Source: an uncultured Candidatus Binatia bacterium | GTDB lineage: Bacteria > Desulfobacterota > Binatia > UBA9968 > JAJDTQ01 | Assembly (NCBI GenBank): GCA_965242525.1 | Contig: OZ251459.1 | Span: forward strand, 3,296,001-3,360,000 | Length of the DNA: 64,000 bases | Direction of reading: 5' to 3' | Shown: positions 8,902-18,139 of the stretch, piece after piece | How the letters are laid out: each line of letters opens with the position of its first letter | Numbering within the stretch: position 1 is the stretch's first letter | Notes under the pieces: model-generated | Told to the model about the DNA's origin: nothing | Database searches by the model: none | The model's input: the letters and a program-made list of their open reading frames with translations, nothing else | Program-made: the position numbers and the translations under genes

Positions 8902-11046
8902 TCAACGGCTCTCCGCCTTGGAGATGCGGCACGGCAGTCCGCGTGTGTCCGCGGAGCCGGTCACCGGGTCCCAGGGGCCGTCGTACCGCATGGCGGCGTT
9001 GATGTTGACTTCCAGCGCGCCGCGGTCCGGCCCGTCGGCCTCCGGATACCACCAGCCCATGCCGGTCCGCGCCACCCCGGGCAGGGTCGCCTCGGTGACC
9101 CGCACCTTGAGGCGGCAGCGGCCCGGACCGTCCGCGGTCTCTACCCACACCCAGTCGTCCTGGGCCAGCCGGTAACGCGCCGCGGTCTCCGGATGCAGTT
9201 GGAGCCACGGGTCGGGCGAGACCTTGCGGGCCCAGCCCTGGTCCCGGAACCGCGAGTGGTGGTAGGTGCGCTCCCGCACGCCGGTGAGCAGGGTCAACGG
9301 GTAGGCGCGGCGCACCGCCTCGGTCTCGCGTTCCGTTCGGGTGGGGGTGTAGTCCGGCAGCGGGTCGAGGCCCAGCTCGGCCAGCCGCTCGGAATAGAGT
9401 TCCACCTTGCCGGTCTTGGTCTTGAAGCCGGCGGCGGCGAAGTCTCCGCGGGCGTACGGGAAGCTGGCGTACCCCGTTTCCCGCATCTGCTCCATGGTGA
9501 CGCCGCAGTCGCCCAGCAGGAACTCGTTGAACTCGCGCTTGGTCTCCCAGGGGATGAACCGCCGGGCTTCGGCCACCCCGCGGGCTTCCAGGCGCCGGGC
9601 CAGGTCCCGGGCGATGCGAAAGTCGCCGCGGGCCTCGCCCTGCGGCGCCACCGCGGGCTGGACCAGGCTCAGGCACGGCCCGGAGGCCTCCAGCGATACC
9701 TCCTCGTCCTCCAGCCCGGTGGTCTTGGGCAGCACCATGTCCGCGTATTCCGCGGTGGGGTTCATCATGTGGGTGGCCACCGCGAGGAAGTCCAGGGACT
9801 TGAGGGCCGCCAGGGTCTTCGGCGTGTCCGGATAGGTGACCGCGATGTTGACGCCGCTGATGTACATGGCGCGCACCGGGTAGGGCTTGCCGGTGAGCAC
9901 CGCTTCGATGACCGAAGGGTTGTGGCACGCGGTCTGCCAGCCCTCGGGTCCGGCCCATAGCGGGAACCGGTCCGCGCCGATGGTCTGCTTCTCCACCGCC
10001 AGGGACAGGCGGAACTCCGGCTTGTGGAGCACCTCGATATAGTTGGTGAAGCCGGCCGGCCGCTTGACGCGCCGGTTGCCCCCCTTGCGGTCCAGGTTGC
10101 CGCTGACGGCCACCAGGGCATGGAACGCGCGGAAGGTCTGGACCCCGGCGCTGAAGGCGTCGATGCCGTGCCCGCTCACGAAGCAGGAGGGGCCGTTGGC
10201 GTACAACTCCGCGGCCCGTTCGATGTCCGCCTGCGGCACGCCGGTGAGCTCCGCGGCGCGGCTCGCGGGATACCGGGCCGCCCGTTGGGCCAGCGCGTCG
10301 AAGCCGTGGCACCAGCGGGCGACGAAGTCGCGGTCGTAGCGGTCGTGCAGGATCAGCCAGTGGACCATGGCCAGGCCGATGGCGGCGTCGGCGCCGGGCC
10401 GGGGCCGCAGCCACAGGTCGGCCATGGCGGCCGCGGGCGTCTCCGCAGGGTCGATGACCACCATGCGCGCGCCTCGGCCTCGGGCGCGTTTGAGGGCCTG
10501 CCACTGGGGCGGGTGCGCGGCCGCGGGGTTTCGCCCGACCACGAGCGCGCAGCGGGTGTGGTCGATGTCCTCGCCGTTGCCCATGGCGAGCCCCGTAATC
10601 CGGTCGCTCAGGGCGCGGCACCCGCCGCACAGGTCCTGGTTCATCATCCAGTTGGGCGACCCCAGGGCCCGCAGCAGCAGCGCCACCATGACGCCGCGGC
10701 TGAAATGCGCGTTGCTGACCGCGCCGCAGAGTGCTGTGGGGCCGTACCGGCCGCGGACGCTCAGCATGGCGTCGGCCATCTCGTCCAGCGCCTCGTCCCA
10801 GGACAGGCGCCGCCATTGCCCGCCGCCCCGGGGCCCGGTGCGTTTCATGGGGTAGAGCACCCGGTCCGGATGGTATGTCAACTCGGGCAGCCCGCGGATT
10901 CCCTTGACGCAGAACGCCCCCCGCGACGCAGGGTGGTCCGGATTGGGCGCGACCCGGGTCACGCGCCCGTCCTCCACCGTGACCAGCGCCCCGCAATGGG
11001 CGCTGCACTCCCAGCAGGTGCTCGGGATGACCTTGCGTTCGTTCAT
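8902..11046 (-). CDS. Molybdopterin (bis-MGD) oxidoreductase with N-terminal 4Fe-4S cluster
   Basis: CWECSAHC...CVKG, HPDRVLYPMKR, ADMVLP, C-terminal MGD-binding domain; no Tat signal. Confidence 0.9.
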   Translation of the reverse strand: MNERKVIPSTCWECSAHCGALVTVEDGRVTRVAPNPDHPASRGAFCVKGIRGLPELTYHPDRVLYPMKRTGPRGGGQWRRLSWDEALDEMADAMLSVRGRYGPTALCGAVSNAHFSRGVMVALLLRALGSPNWMMNQDLCGGCRALSDRITGLAMGNGEDIDHTRCALVVGRNPAAAHPPQWQALKRARGRGARMVVIDPAETPAAAMADLWLRPRPGADAAIGLAMVHWLILHDRYDRDFVARWCHGFDALAQRAARYPASRAAELTGVPQADIERAAELYANGPSCFVSGHGIDAFSAGVQTFRAFHALVAVSGNLDRKGGNRRVKRPAGFTNYIEVLHKPEFRLSLAVEKQTIGADRFPLWAGPEGWQTACHNPSVIEAVLTGKPYPVRAMYISGVNIAVTYPDTPKTLAALKSLDFLAVATHMMNPTAEYADMVLPKTTGLEDEEVSLEASGPCLSLVQPAVAPQGEARGDFRIARDLARRLEARGVAEARRFIPWETKREFNEFLLGDCGVTMEQMRETGYASFPYARGDFAAAGFKTKTGKVELYSERLAELGLDPLPDYTPTRTERETEAVRRAYPLTLLTGVRERTYHHSRFRDQGWARKVSPDPWLQLHPETAARYRLAQDDWVWVETADGPGRCRLKVRVTEATLPGVARTGMGWWYPEADGPDRGALEVNINAAMRYDGPWDPVTGSADTRGLPCRISKAESR

Positions 11047-11070
11047 GGCGTGCCGTTCCGTCGAACTACA

Positions 11071-11255
11071 GGAACCTCTGAACCATCAGGACATCCAGGA
11101 TGGACCCGCACCCTGACCCTCCTATCCCCGTCCGTCCTGAGCGTAGCGAAGTCGAAGGACGCGTAGCGAAGCGGAGACCTCCGTTCATCCTGAGCGTAGC
11201 GAAGCGGAGTCGAAGGACGCGCTCATGCCCCCTGTCCCGATCGTCCAGGGTTTCC
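11071..11255. mobile_element. Family-1 MITE with duplicated REP core
   Basis: GGAACCTCTGAACCATC...GATCGTCCAGGGTTTCC with two CTGAGCGTAGCGAAG..GTCGAAGGAC units. Confidence 0.8.
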
Positions 11256-11283
11256 TCTATATATTCTTGCTTGCCTTGCCAAG

Positions 11284-11408
11284 GGAATCCACTGAAGATG
11301 CGCTGGACCCCCGTCCTTCGACTCCGCTTTGCTATGCTCAAACGAACGGGGATAGGAGGGTCAGGGTGGGGGAGTCCATCCCGGATGTCTCGATTGTTCA
11401 GAGTTGCC
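11284..11408. mobile_element. Family-1 MITE, inverted and degenerate
   Basis: Reverse-oriented REP core and the end CGATTGTTCAGAGTTGCC. Confidence 0.7.
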
Positions 11409-11487
11409 TTGACATTGTGATGGCCCACGGCTATTTACCGTTGAAGGTGGGGTTCGGTCCCGAACCATGATCCGAAAAGGAGATCCG

Positions 11488-11883
11488 ATGAAACAGTTGA
11501 TTGGGATAGCGCTTGTTCTGATCCTGACATGCTCGCCGGCTATCGTTGCGGCACAGGTTGTCGAAGGCGCGGCTGCCGGGGCGGCGGGCGCCGCTGGTGC
11601 TGCTGCGGGCGGGGGAGCTGCTGGTGCGGCGGGTGCTGCCGGGGCTGCTGGCGCCGCCGGGGCTGCTGGTGCTGCCGGGGCCGCCGGAGCTGCTGGTGCT
11701 GCTGCCGCAGGCGCCGCCGGGGCTGCGGCGGGCGCCGCTGCCGCCGGCGCTGCTGCTGCTGGCGCGGCGGGCGCGATGGCCGGTGCAATCGTTGTGGCTG
11801 GCGCCGTAGCCGGTGTCGCCGCTGCCGCCGCTGCCGCTTCCGACTCCAGCGGCACCACCTCTACGCCAGATCAAACTCAATAG
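11488..11883 (+). CDS. Secreted Ala/Gly-rich low-complexity protein, YjbE/GfcA-like
   Basis: RBS AAGGAG, signal peptide MKQLIGIALVLILTCSPAIVAAQ, (GAA)n tract, S/T-rich tail; first gene before yjbH/F/G homologues. Confidence 0.7.
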   Translation: MKQLIGIALVLILTCSPAIVAAQVVEGAAAGAAGAAGAAAGGGAAGAAGAAGAAGAAGAAGAAGAAGAAGAAAAGAAGAAAGAAAAGAAAAGAAGAMAGAIVVAGAVAGVAAAAAAASDSSGTTSTPDQTQ

Positions 11884-12057
11884 GAAACGGCGCTCTCCAA
11901 CGGGACCTTGCGGCGAACCGGGGCCCCACCTTTCGGCAAGGACGATGGCCTTGTCGAACCCCTGCCAGGGAGGAGGGACCGCCCAAGGTGGAAGGGAGAC
12001 CGCGTCCCTGCGCAAACCGGAAGACCGAATCCTCGCCCATGAGATCCCTTGCCGACC

Positions 12058-14334
12058 ATGCGGCGTCCTGAAGCCCTCGCCGCGTTGGCAGCCATCCTGT
12101 CCTGTCTCGCGGCGACCCCGGCTTGGACGCAGGAATCGTGGGAGCGGAACCTCACGCGCGAGCGTGCGAGCGCCGGCGATTTCGGCGGCGTCGGCCTGCT
12201 CCAGACGCGTACTGCGCGTTTCTCGGAAGACGGACAGTTCACGTTCGGGGCCGCGTTCCTCCATCCCTACGACGTCTATTCCCTGTCCTGGCAGTTCCTG
12301 CCGTGGCTCGAAGCCACGTTCCGCTACTCCAAGAGCGAGACCTTCGACAAGTCGCTGGACCTGAAGTTCCGGCTGCTCCATGAGACCCGCGGCAGGCCGG
12401 AGGTCGCCCTGGGCTTTCAGGACGTCCTGGGCACGGGCCTGTTCAGCGGCGAGTACCTGGTCGCCAGCAAGCGCTTCGGCGACTTCGACCTGAGCCTCGG
12501 CGTGGTCTGGGGGTACGGCGTGGGCGGCGACGGCCTGTTCCGGAACCCTTTCACCTGGCTGTCCGACCGCTTCGACGAGCGTACCGTCAACACCACGGGC
12601 GACCCGGGCTTCGAAGCCTTGTTCACGGGCCGGGAAATCGACCTGTTCGGCGGGATCGAGTACCACACTCCCGTCGAAGGCCTGTCCGTGAAGGTGGAGT
12701 ACGACCCCAACGACTACGAGCGGGAGCCCCACGGCGCGTTGGACCACGACCTGCCCGTCAATTTCGGCCTGGCCTACCGGCCCTGGCACTGGGTCGAGGC
12801 CGGTCTCGCCTACGAACGCGGCAACACGGTGATGGCGCGCCTCGCCCTCAGGGCCGATTTCAACGCCGACGCCCGGCCGCCCAAGCCCGCGGACCCGCGG
12901 CCGCCCAAGTTGGAGCGACGCGCCCATGCGGAACGCGCTCCGACGCTCGACCGTACCACAGGGGTCGTGCCGACGGACACGGGACCGGTGGACGACGTTC
13001 AGGCCCACGCCGCCGCAGCCGATGAGTACCGCAGGGGTCGCGCCGACGGACACGGGACCGGCGCCCCGGCGGGCAGCCCGGCCGCACACGAGGCCGCGGA
13101 CCGCCAGCCGGCGCCGGAGGACGCCCGGGCCATCGCCGAAAAGGTCTTCGCGGAGCTCCCCGCCCAGGGGCTGAGCGGCATCGCCTTTCGACTCGCCCGC
13201 GCCCGCGCCACCGTCGTGGTCGCGTCCATGCGGTTCCCGGAACCCTCCCGCAACGTGGGCCGGGCGGCGCGCGTGGTGGCCCGCCACGCCCCCCCGGAAG
13301 TCGAAGAGATCTCGGTGGTGCTTCGCGCCCGCGGCATCGACTTGACCGCGGTCACCCTCGTGCGCCGCCACCTGGAAGACATGGCGCTGGGCTCCGGCAG
13401 CCCCGAGGAGACGCTTCGTTCCGCCCGCTTCGAGCGGCCCCGCCCGCTGCCCCCGGACGCCCTCAGCGTCCGCAACGACCACGCCTATCCCCGGTTCGAC
13501 TGGGGCCTGAACCCCGCGATCCGGCACCACGTCGGCGCCCCGGAGCACCCCTACCTGTTCCAGCTCCGGGCGCAGCTATCGGGCGGCGTCGAGGTCCTGC
13601 CCGGCTTGCGCGCGAGCGCGGACTTCGGGTTCGACATCTACAATGAATACGACCGGATCTCCCGCGGGCCGAAAGGCCAACTGGAGCCGGTCCGCAGCAA
13701 CGTCAAGGAGTATTTGCAGCAGGGCAAGCACGTGCTGGCGGGGGCGCAGGCCGACTACCTCTTCTCGCTTGCGCCGGACTGGTACGCCCGCGCCGCGGTG
13801 GGCTATTTCGAGACCATGTTCGGCGGGGTCAGCGGCGAGGTCCTGTACCGCCGCCAGGACTCCCGCTGGGCCGCGGGGGTCGAGGTCAGCCACGTGTGGC
13901 AGCGCGACTTCGACCAACTGCTCGGTTTCCGGGACTACGACACGACCACGGGCCACGTCTCGCTGTACTACGAGCTGCCCTGGCACGACCTCGAAGCCGC
14001 GGTCCACGGGGGGCGCTACCTGGCCCGGGACTGGGGCGCCACCTTCCAACTCTCCCGGCGGTTCAGGAGCGGCATCGAGTTCGGCGGGTTCTTCACCCTC
14101 ACCAACGTCTCGGACGCCGAGTTCGGCGAGGGGGGCTTCGACAAGGGGCTGTTCTTCCGGGTGCCCCTGAACCTGCTCCTGCCCTATTCGACCCGCGAAT
14201 CGGCCGGGACCATCTTCCGGCCGTTGACGGGCGACGGCGGGCAGATGCTGGCGGTGGGTCCGAAGCTGTACAAGGTCACCGAAGAAGGACAACTCGACGC
14301 GCTCCATCGCCGCCCCCTGGGGCTGCGGGACTGA
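12058..14334 (+). CDS. yjbH: YjbH/GfcD-family outer-membrane exopolysaccharide protein
   Basis: DFGGVGLLQTRTAR, PWLEATFRY, DKSLDLKFRL, GEYLVASKR, VRSNVKEY, GRYLARD, FGEGGFDKG. Confidence 0.88.
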   Translation: MRRPEALAALAAILSCLAATPAWTQESWERNLTRERASAGDFGGVGLLQTRTARFSEDGQFTFGAAFLHPYDVYSLSWQFLPWLEATFRYSKSETFDKSLDLKFRLLHETRGRPEVALGFQDVLGTGLFSGEYLVASKRFGDFDLSLGVVWGYGVGGDGLFRNPFTWLSDRFDERTVNTTGDPGFEALFTGREIDLFGGIEYHTPVEGLSVKVEYDPNDYEREPHGALDHDLPVNFGLAYRPWHWVEAGLAYERGNTVMARLALRADFNADARPPKPADPRPPKLERRAHAERAPTLDRTTGVVPTDTGPVDDVQAHAAAADEYRRGRADGHGTGAPAGSPAAHEAADRQPAPEDARAIAEKVFAELPAQGLSGIAFRLARARATVVVASMRFPEPSRNVGRAARVVARHAPPEVEEISVVLRARGIDLTAVTLVRRHLEDMALGSGSPEETLRSARFERPRPLPPDALSVRNDHAYPRFDWGLNPAIRHHVGAPEHPYLFQLRAQLSGGVEVLPGLRASADFGFDIYNEYDRISRGPKGQLEPVRSNVKEYLQQGKHVLAGAQADYLFSLAPDWYARAAVGYFETMFGGVSGEVLYRRQDSRWAAGVEVSHVWQRDFDQLLGFRDYDTTTGHVSLYYELPWHDLEAAVHGGRYLARDWGATFQLSRRFRSGIEFGGFFTLTNVSDAEFGEGGFDKGLFFRVPLNLLLPYSTRESAGTIFRPLTGDGGQMLAVGPKLYKVTEEGQLDALHRRPLGLRD

Positions 14335-14434
14335 GGGCCATGGGCGTGTCGTTGACAAGCTCCGGGCAATCGACTACTCGGCCGCCATGGGCGGCGACGG
14401 AGGCGCGGGCGGTTTGCGGCGCCCGCAGGAAGAC

Positions 14435-15133
14435 GTGACCGGAGACGCGAAACCCCTCGCCGGCTCGGTCTCGCGGCGGGTCGTCCTCGTGTCCGCGGCC
14501 GCGGCGCTGTTGCCCGGCTGCGGCGACAGCCCGGCCCTGCGCGCGCTCGAGTCCAGCTACAACCTCGCTCTGGGCAAGGAGGTCGAGAACCCGCTGACCC
14601 GCGCGCAGATCGATGAAAACCCCTATGCGAGGATCGAGTTGCGCATCGGCAAGCGCGTCCTCGCAGTCCTGGTCCTGCAAGAGCGAGTGGGACCGGACCT
14701 GCTGTGGCGCTCCGCGGACGACGGGATCCTGCAGACGCGCTCCTGGCGCCTGGTCAAGACCGTCAGCCTTCCCACCGACATCGCCGGGACCGAGTTCCTG
14801 TCCCCGGACCCGCTGGCGGAGGGGCTGCACAAGACGGCGAGCGGGACGCGAACGAAGCGCATCGTCGATTTCAGGGACCCGGGGCGCTACGGGAGGGTGG
14901 TGACGTCGCGCTTCGACCACCTCGGCAGCGACCCGGTCACCATCGTCGGACGGACCTATCCGACCCGCTTGGTGCGCGAGGTCAACCACGTGGAGGTGGA
15001 AGGCTGGGAATACGAGAACCGGTACTGGTTCGACCCCGCCACAGGCATCGTCTGGAGGTCCGTCCAGCACGTGGACGGGTCGTTCCCGCCGTTGCGGATC
15101 AGCGTCCTCAAACCCCCGGCCGCCAACGTCTGA
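14435..15133 (+). CDS. yjbF: YjbF/GfcB-family lipoprotein
   Basis: GTG start after AGGAAG, SRR + lipobox LLPGC, LWRSAD, RLVKT, ENRYWFD..G.VWRSVQ. Confidence 0.75.
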   Translation: MTGDAKPLAGSVSRRVVLVSAAAALLPGCGDSPALRALESSYNLALGKEVENPLTRAQIDENPYARIELRIGKRVLAVLVLQERVGPDLLWRSADDGILQTRSWRLVKTVSLPTDIAGTEFLSPDPLAEGLHKTASGTRTKRIVDFRDPGRYGRVVTSRFDHLGSDPVTIVGRTYPTRLVREVNHVEVEGWEYENRYWFDPATGIVWRSVQHVDGSFPPLRISVLKPPAANV

Positions 15134-15268
15134 GGGAACCGCCGCAACTGCCATGAAGCGCGAGACCGACGCCCTCTCCCTGCCGCCGACGCCGGATGCG
15201 GCCGCGGCCCATGGACCACGGGCGTTCCCCATGGACGACGGGCGTTCCGTTCGCCAGGAGTGACTGCC

Positions 15269-16099
15269 ATGAACCTTTTCCCATGCCTGTGGGCGGCCCT
15301 TGTCCTGGCCGCAACTCCCATGTCCGCAACCGCGGGGGCCGCGGCCCCCGCGGGAGAAACAGCCGAGGCCGGGGAACGGGTGACGCTGGCCGGCGAGTTC
15401 GCACGGCCCGGCGACTACACGGTGCGCAAAGGCGAACGCCTGTCCGAACTGATCCAGCGCGCCGGCGGCCTGACCGAGGTCGCCTTTCCCTATGGCGCGG
15501 TGTTCACCCGGGAACGGGTCCAGCGCGCCGAAGAGACCGCGTTGCGGCGCGCCGTGAGCGAAGTGGACGCGGCGTTGGCGGCGCTGACCTCCCGGACCGG
15601 CACGGATGAGACGCGGACGGTCGCCATGGCGCGGATGTCGGCGCGGCTGCGAGCGGCCCAACCGCTCGGACGCGTCGTCATCGAAGCGGACCCGACTCTG
15701 TTGCGGGTGCGGCCCGGCCTCGACACCGTGCTGGAAGCGGGCGACCGCCTCTTCGTGCCCAGGCGCCCCAACTACGTCACGGTCGTGGGCGGAGTCCAGA
15801 ACCCGAGCGCAGTCCGCTTCCAGCCGGGCATGACCGCAGCCGACTACGTCCGCAGGGCCGGCGGCTTCCAGCCAACCGCGGACGACAGCCGGGTCTTCGT
15901 CATCCTGCCCAACGGAGAAGCCCATCGTGTCGGCGCCTCCCTGTGGAACTACCAGCCCCTGCACGTCCCCCCCGGCAGCACCATCGTCGTCCCGGACGAC
16001 CCCGCGCCCTCCGACCCGGTCCTGCGCAGCCTCGCACCGGTACGGAGCCTGTTGCTGTCCGCGGAGGCGGCGGCGGGGGTGCTGGCGGGGAGGAGGTGA
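15269..16099 (+). CDS. SLBB-domain capsule export protein, YjbG/GfcC-like
   Basis: GEFARPGDY, LSELIQRAGGLT, GRVVIEADP, LEAGDRLFVPRRP, VVGGVQNP, PGSTIVVP. Confidence 0.8.
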   Translation: MNLFPCLWAALVLAATPMSATAGAAAPAGETAEAGERVTLAGEFARPGDYTVRKGERLSELIQRAGGLTEVAFPYGAVFTRERVQRAEETALRRAVSEVDAALAALTSRTGTDETRTVAMARMSARLRAAQPLGRVVIEADPTLLRVRPGLDTVLEAGDRLFVPRRPNYVTVVGGVQNPSAVRFQPGMTAADYVRRAGGFQPTADDSRVFVILPNGEAHRVGASLWNYQPLHVPPGSTIVVPDDPAPSDPVLRSLAPVRSLLLSAEAAAGVLAGRR

Positions 16100-16445
16100 T
16101 TTGGGAGGGGGCCGGAGCCATTGCCGGCAACTAAGCCGTCCGCAGCAACCCCGGGTAAGAGAGATACCCTCGGACCAACCGGATTCCAATGGCGGACGTG
16201 CCGCACCACCCGAACCGCAAGCACCATCAGGCCAACCGTATGGCCTTCAGCTACTCACGTCTCCAAGCCCCATCCCTCACCCACCTACAGGTACGTAACG
16301 GACGCCTCCGCGCCCACTTCCCCATCCCCCTTTCTCTTGGGGCTCTTCCGGCTTTTGAGTGGGCAGGGTTTCACGGGCGAGCGTCCCCTCCCCCCTTGAG
16401 GGAGAGGGAATCGAAGTTCTTCGCGTGAGTGGAAAATGTCACAAT

Positions 16446-16468
16446 CCACACGAATTCCGGAAGCGTCA
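16446..16468. repeat. Isolated family-2 element end (CCACACGAATTCCGGAAGCGTC)
   Basis: Matches the right end at 41564-41586; lies at the boundary of the AT-rich gene. Confidence 0.55.
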
Positions 16469-16574
16469 AATGTTTCCAGGAATAATCAATAAGAGCACTG
16501 GAACAAGACCGTAGTAGCAACATTGCTATCAGGTCTTGCACATTTTTACGTTCGCTAAAACAAAGGAAGCTACA

Positions 16575-17393
16575 ATGAAGAAACCAACTATCGCCATCCT
16601 TATATCCTTACTTGCTACTACCTCTTGTTGGGCGCAAAGTATAGAGAAGGCTCAACTCTATATTGACCATGCTTTACCTGCCGAAGCCAAACGTGAGTGC
16701 ATTCTGATTATTACATCAGATAAGCCTAAAAAGGAAAAGGCGACGGCTTACTACCTCTTGGGCTTGATTGCGTTCGATCAGAACAGGATCGGGACAGCTT
16801 TGGAGACATGGACAGATTTGACCAAGAAGTACCCTCATTCGAAAGAAGCATCAGAAGTCTCGGAGAAGATCAAGCAACTAGCTCAAATTGTCAGTGAAAC
16901 TCAACGAGAGTCTGTTGATAATGCTGTTGCACGCGCTTATCTTAGACATGGTGATTTCTGGTCGAGGGGGAAGGATTCGGTTTTTTCGATTGACTCGAGT
17001 TGGATACCGAATGTCGAAGCCGCTACGAAGTGGTATGATAAGACTATAGCGGAGTTTCCAGGCACTACTGCCGCTCGTATTGCATATGAAGAGAAGATGC
17101 GGACATTACTGGGGTGGAAGAAACCCGGTCGATATGGTTCCAAGTACGGAATAGAGCAATATCCTATGACCTACTTACCTATTCTAGTGCAGACTTTGAA
17201 CGAATACGCGAAAGCCTTTCCTGAATCTGGCTCACTTCAAGCCTTCAGATATCAGATTGCGCAGGCGTATTGGAAGCAAAAGGACTGGAAGAATACACGC
17301 GCATGGCTAAACGAAATCATTGAGAAAGCCGATGGCCAAGACTCTTTTTATGCTGATCTCGCTATGCGCAGGCTTCAGAAAGTAGAACACTAA
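16575..17393 (+). CDS. Secreted TPR-like protein, AT-rich, likely horizontally acquired
   Basis: Signal peptide MKKPTIAILISLLATTSCWAQ; TPR-type helices AYYLLG..., KYPHS..A, YQIAQAY; composition differs sharply from flanks. Confidence 0.75.
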   Translation: MKKPTIAILISLLATTSCWAQSIEKAQLYIDHALPAEAKRECILIITSDKPKKEKATAYYLLGLIAFDQNRIGTALETWTDLTKKYPHSKEASEVSEKIKQLAQIVSETQRESVDNAVARAYLRHGDFWSRGKDSVFSIDSSWIPNVEAATKWYDKTIAEFPGTTAARIAYEEKMRTLLGWKKPGRYGSKYGIEQYPMTYLPILVQTLNEYAKAFPESGSLQAFRYQIAQAYWKQKDWKNTRAWLNEIIEKADGQDSFYADLAMRRLQKVEH

Positions 17394-17544
17394 GGCAACA
17401 AGCAAATGGATTGGAGGCAATAGCGACAATAACAGACGGCGCCCGGCAAGCCCCCTCGTCCGCCGCGTTGCGGCCAAACCGAAAGCGCATTAGAATGCCC
17501 CACAGGTCGGACCCCGACCCGAACCAGCGAAGGAGGAGGGAAGA

Positions 17545-17961
17545 ATGGCGCAGAGCGACGGGACGGAACGCGGGACGTTGCTGAGTATCCTTGCCGGGTT
17601 GTTCGCCCTCCTGGCGGTCTCGAACCTCCTGAAACCGCTGCAACTTATGGGGCCGGACACCGGCTTCGTGCTCTTCGGGACACTGCTGACCGGAACGGCC
17701 AACATGATCGCCGGGCCGGTGGCCGGCGTCTATCTGCTGGCGTACGCCTGGGGCATCTGGCGGATGAGGCGGTTCGTGGTGGGCATGGCGCATGCGTACG
17801 CGCTGTACGTGGTCCTCAACCTGCTCTTGTACATGTACCAGAGGGTCGGGCACGCCGCTCCACTGGAATGGGTCGGAGGGCTGGTTTATGCCGCGGTGGC
17901 CATCGGCGTCTCGTGCGGCGCGGCCATCGTCCTCACCCGACGCAAGCACGAGTTGCGTTGA
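17545..17961 (+). CDS. Small integral membrane protein (4 TM)
   Basis: Strong RBS AGGAGG and four hydrophobic segments. Confidence 0.75.
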   Translation: MAQSDGTERGTLLSILAGLFALLAVSNLLKPLQLMGPDTGFVLFGTLLTGTANMIAGPVAGVYLLAYAWGIWRMRRFVVGMAHAYALYVVLNLLLYMYQRVGHAAPLEWVGGLVYAAVAIGVSCGAAIVLTRRKHELR

Positions 17962-18007
17962 CCGGCACCGGCCGGGGATGTCCGCAAGCCGCGGTTCCCC
18001 CGCCTGA

Positions 18008-18139
18008 AACCGGCAATCAGACGCCCCGCCAACCGGCAAATGGACGCCTTTCCAACCGACAATCAGACGGCCTGGTAACCGGCAATCAGACGCTTGTGTA
18101 ACCGGCAAATAGACGCTATCCTGATCGGCAAATGGCCGT
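18008..18139 (+). repeat. Six 17-bp direct repeats (AACCGGCAAWYRGACGC) at an exact 23-bp period
   Basis: Units start at 18008, 18031, 18054, 18077, 18100 and 18123; 6-bp variable spacers; the last unit overlaps the ATG at 18132. Confidence 0.92.
18094..18122 (+). promoter_or_regulatory. Putative sigma70 promoter TTGTGT-N17-TATCCT embedded in the repeat array
   Basis: The last two array spacers resemble -35 and -10 hexamers with canonical 17-bp spacing, 9 bp before an ATG lacking a Shine-Dalgarno. Confidence 0.55.

Noticed and set aside
11066-11428. Small ORFs containing LRLRFATLRTNG or VIPAKAGI peptides
   Set aside because: These are translations of the REP/MITE repeats, not genes.
15209-15249. 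20-bp tandem duplication CATGGAC(C/G)ACGGGCGTTCC between yjbF and yjbG
   Set aside because: Only two copies; most simply a local slippage duplication.
16384-16410. CCCCTCCCCC..GAGGGAGAGGG palindrome as a third repeat family
   Set aside because: Only one degenerate copy in the window; insufficient support.
17394-17480. Integron attC site after the AT-rich TPR gene
   Set aside because: AAC...GTT is present, but there are no convincing complementary R/L boxes and no integrase.
18008-18139. CRISPR array
   Set aside because: Repeats are 17 bp and spacers only 6 bp, with no cas genes; kept as an operator/iteron-like array.
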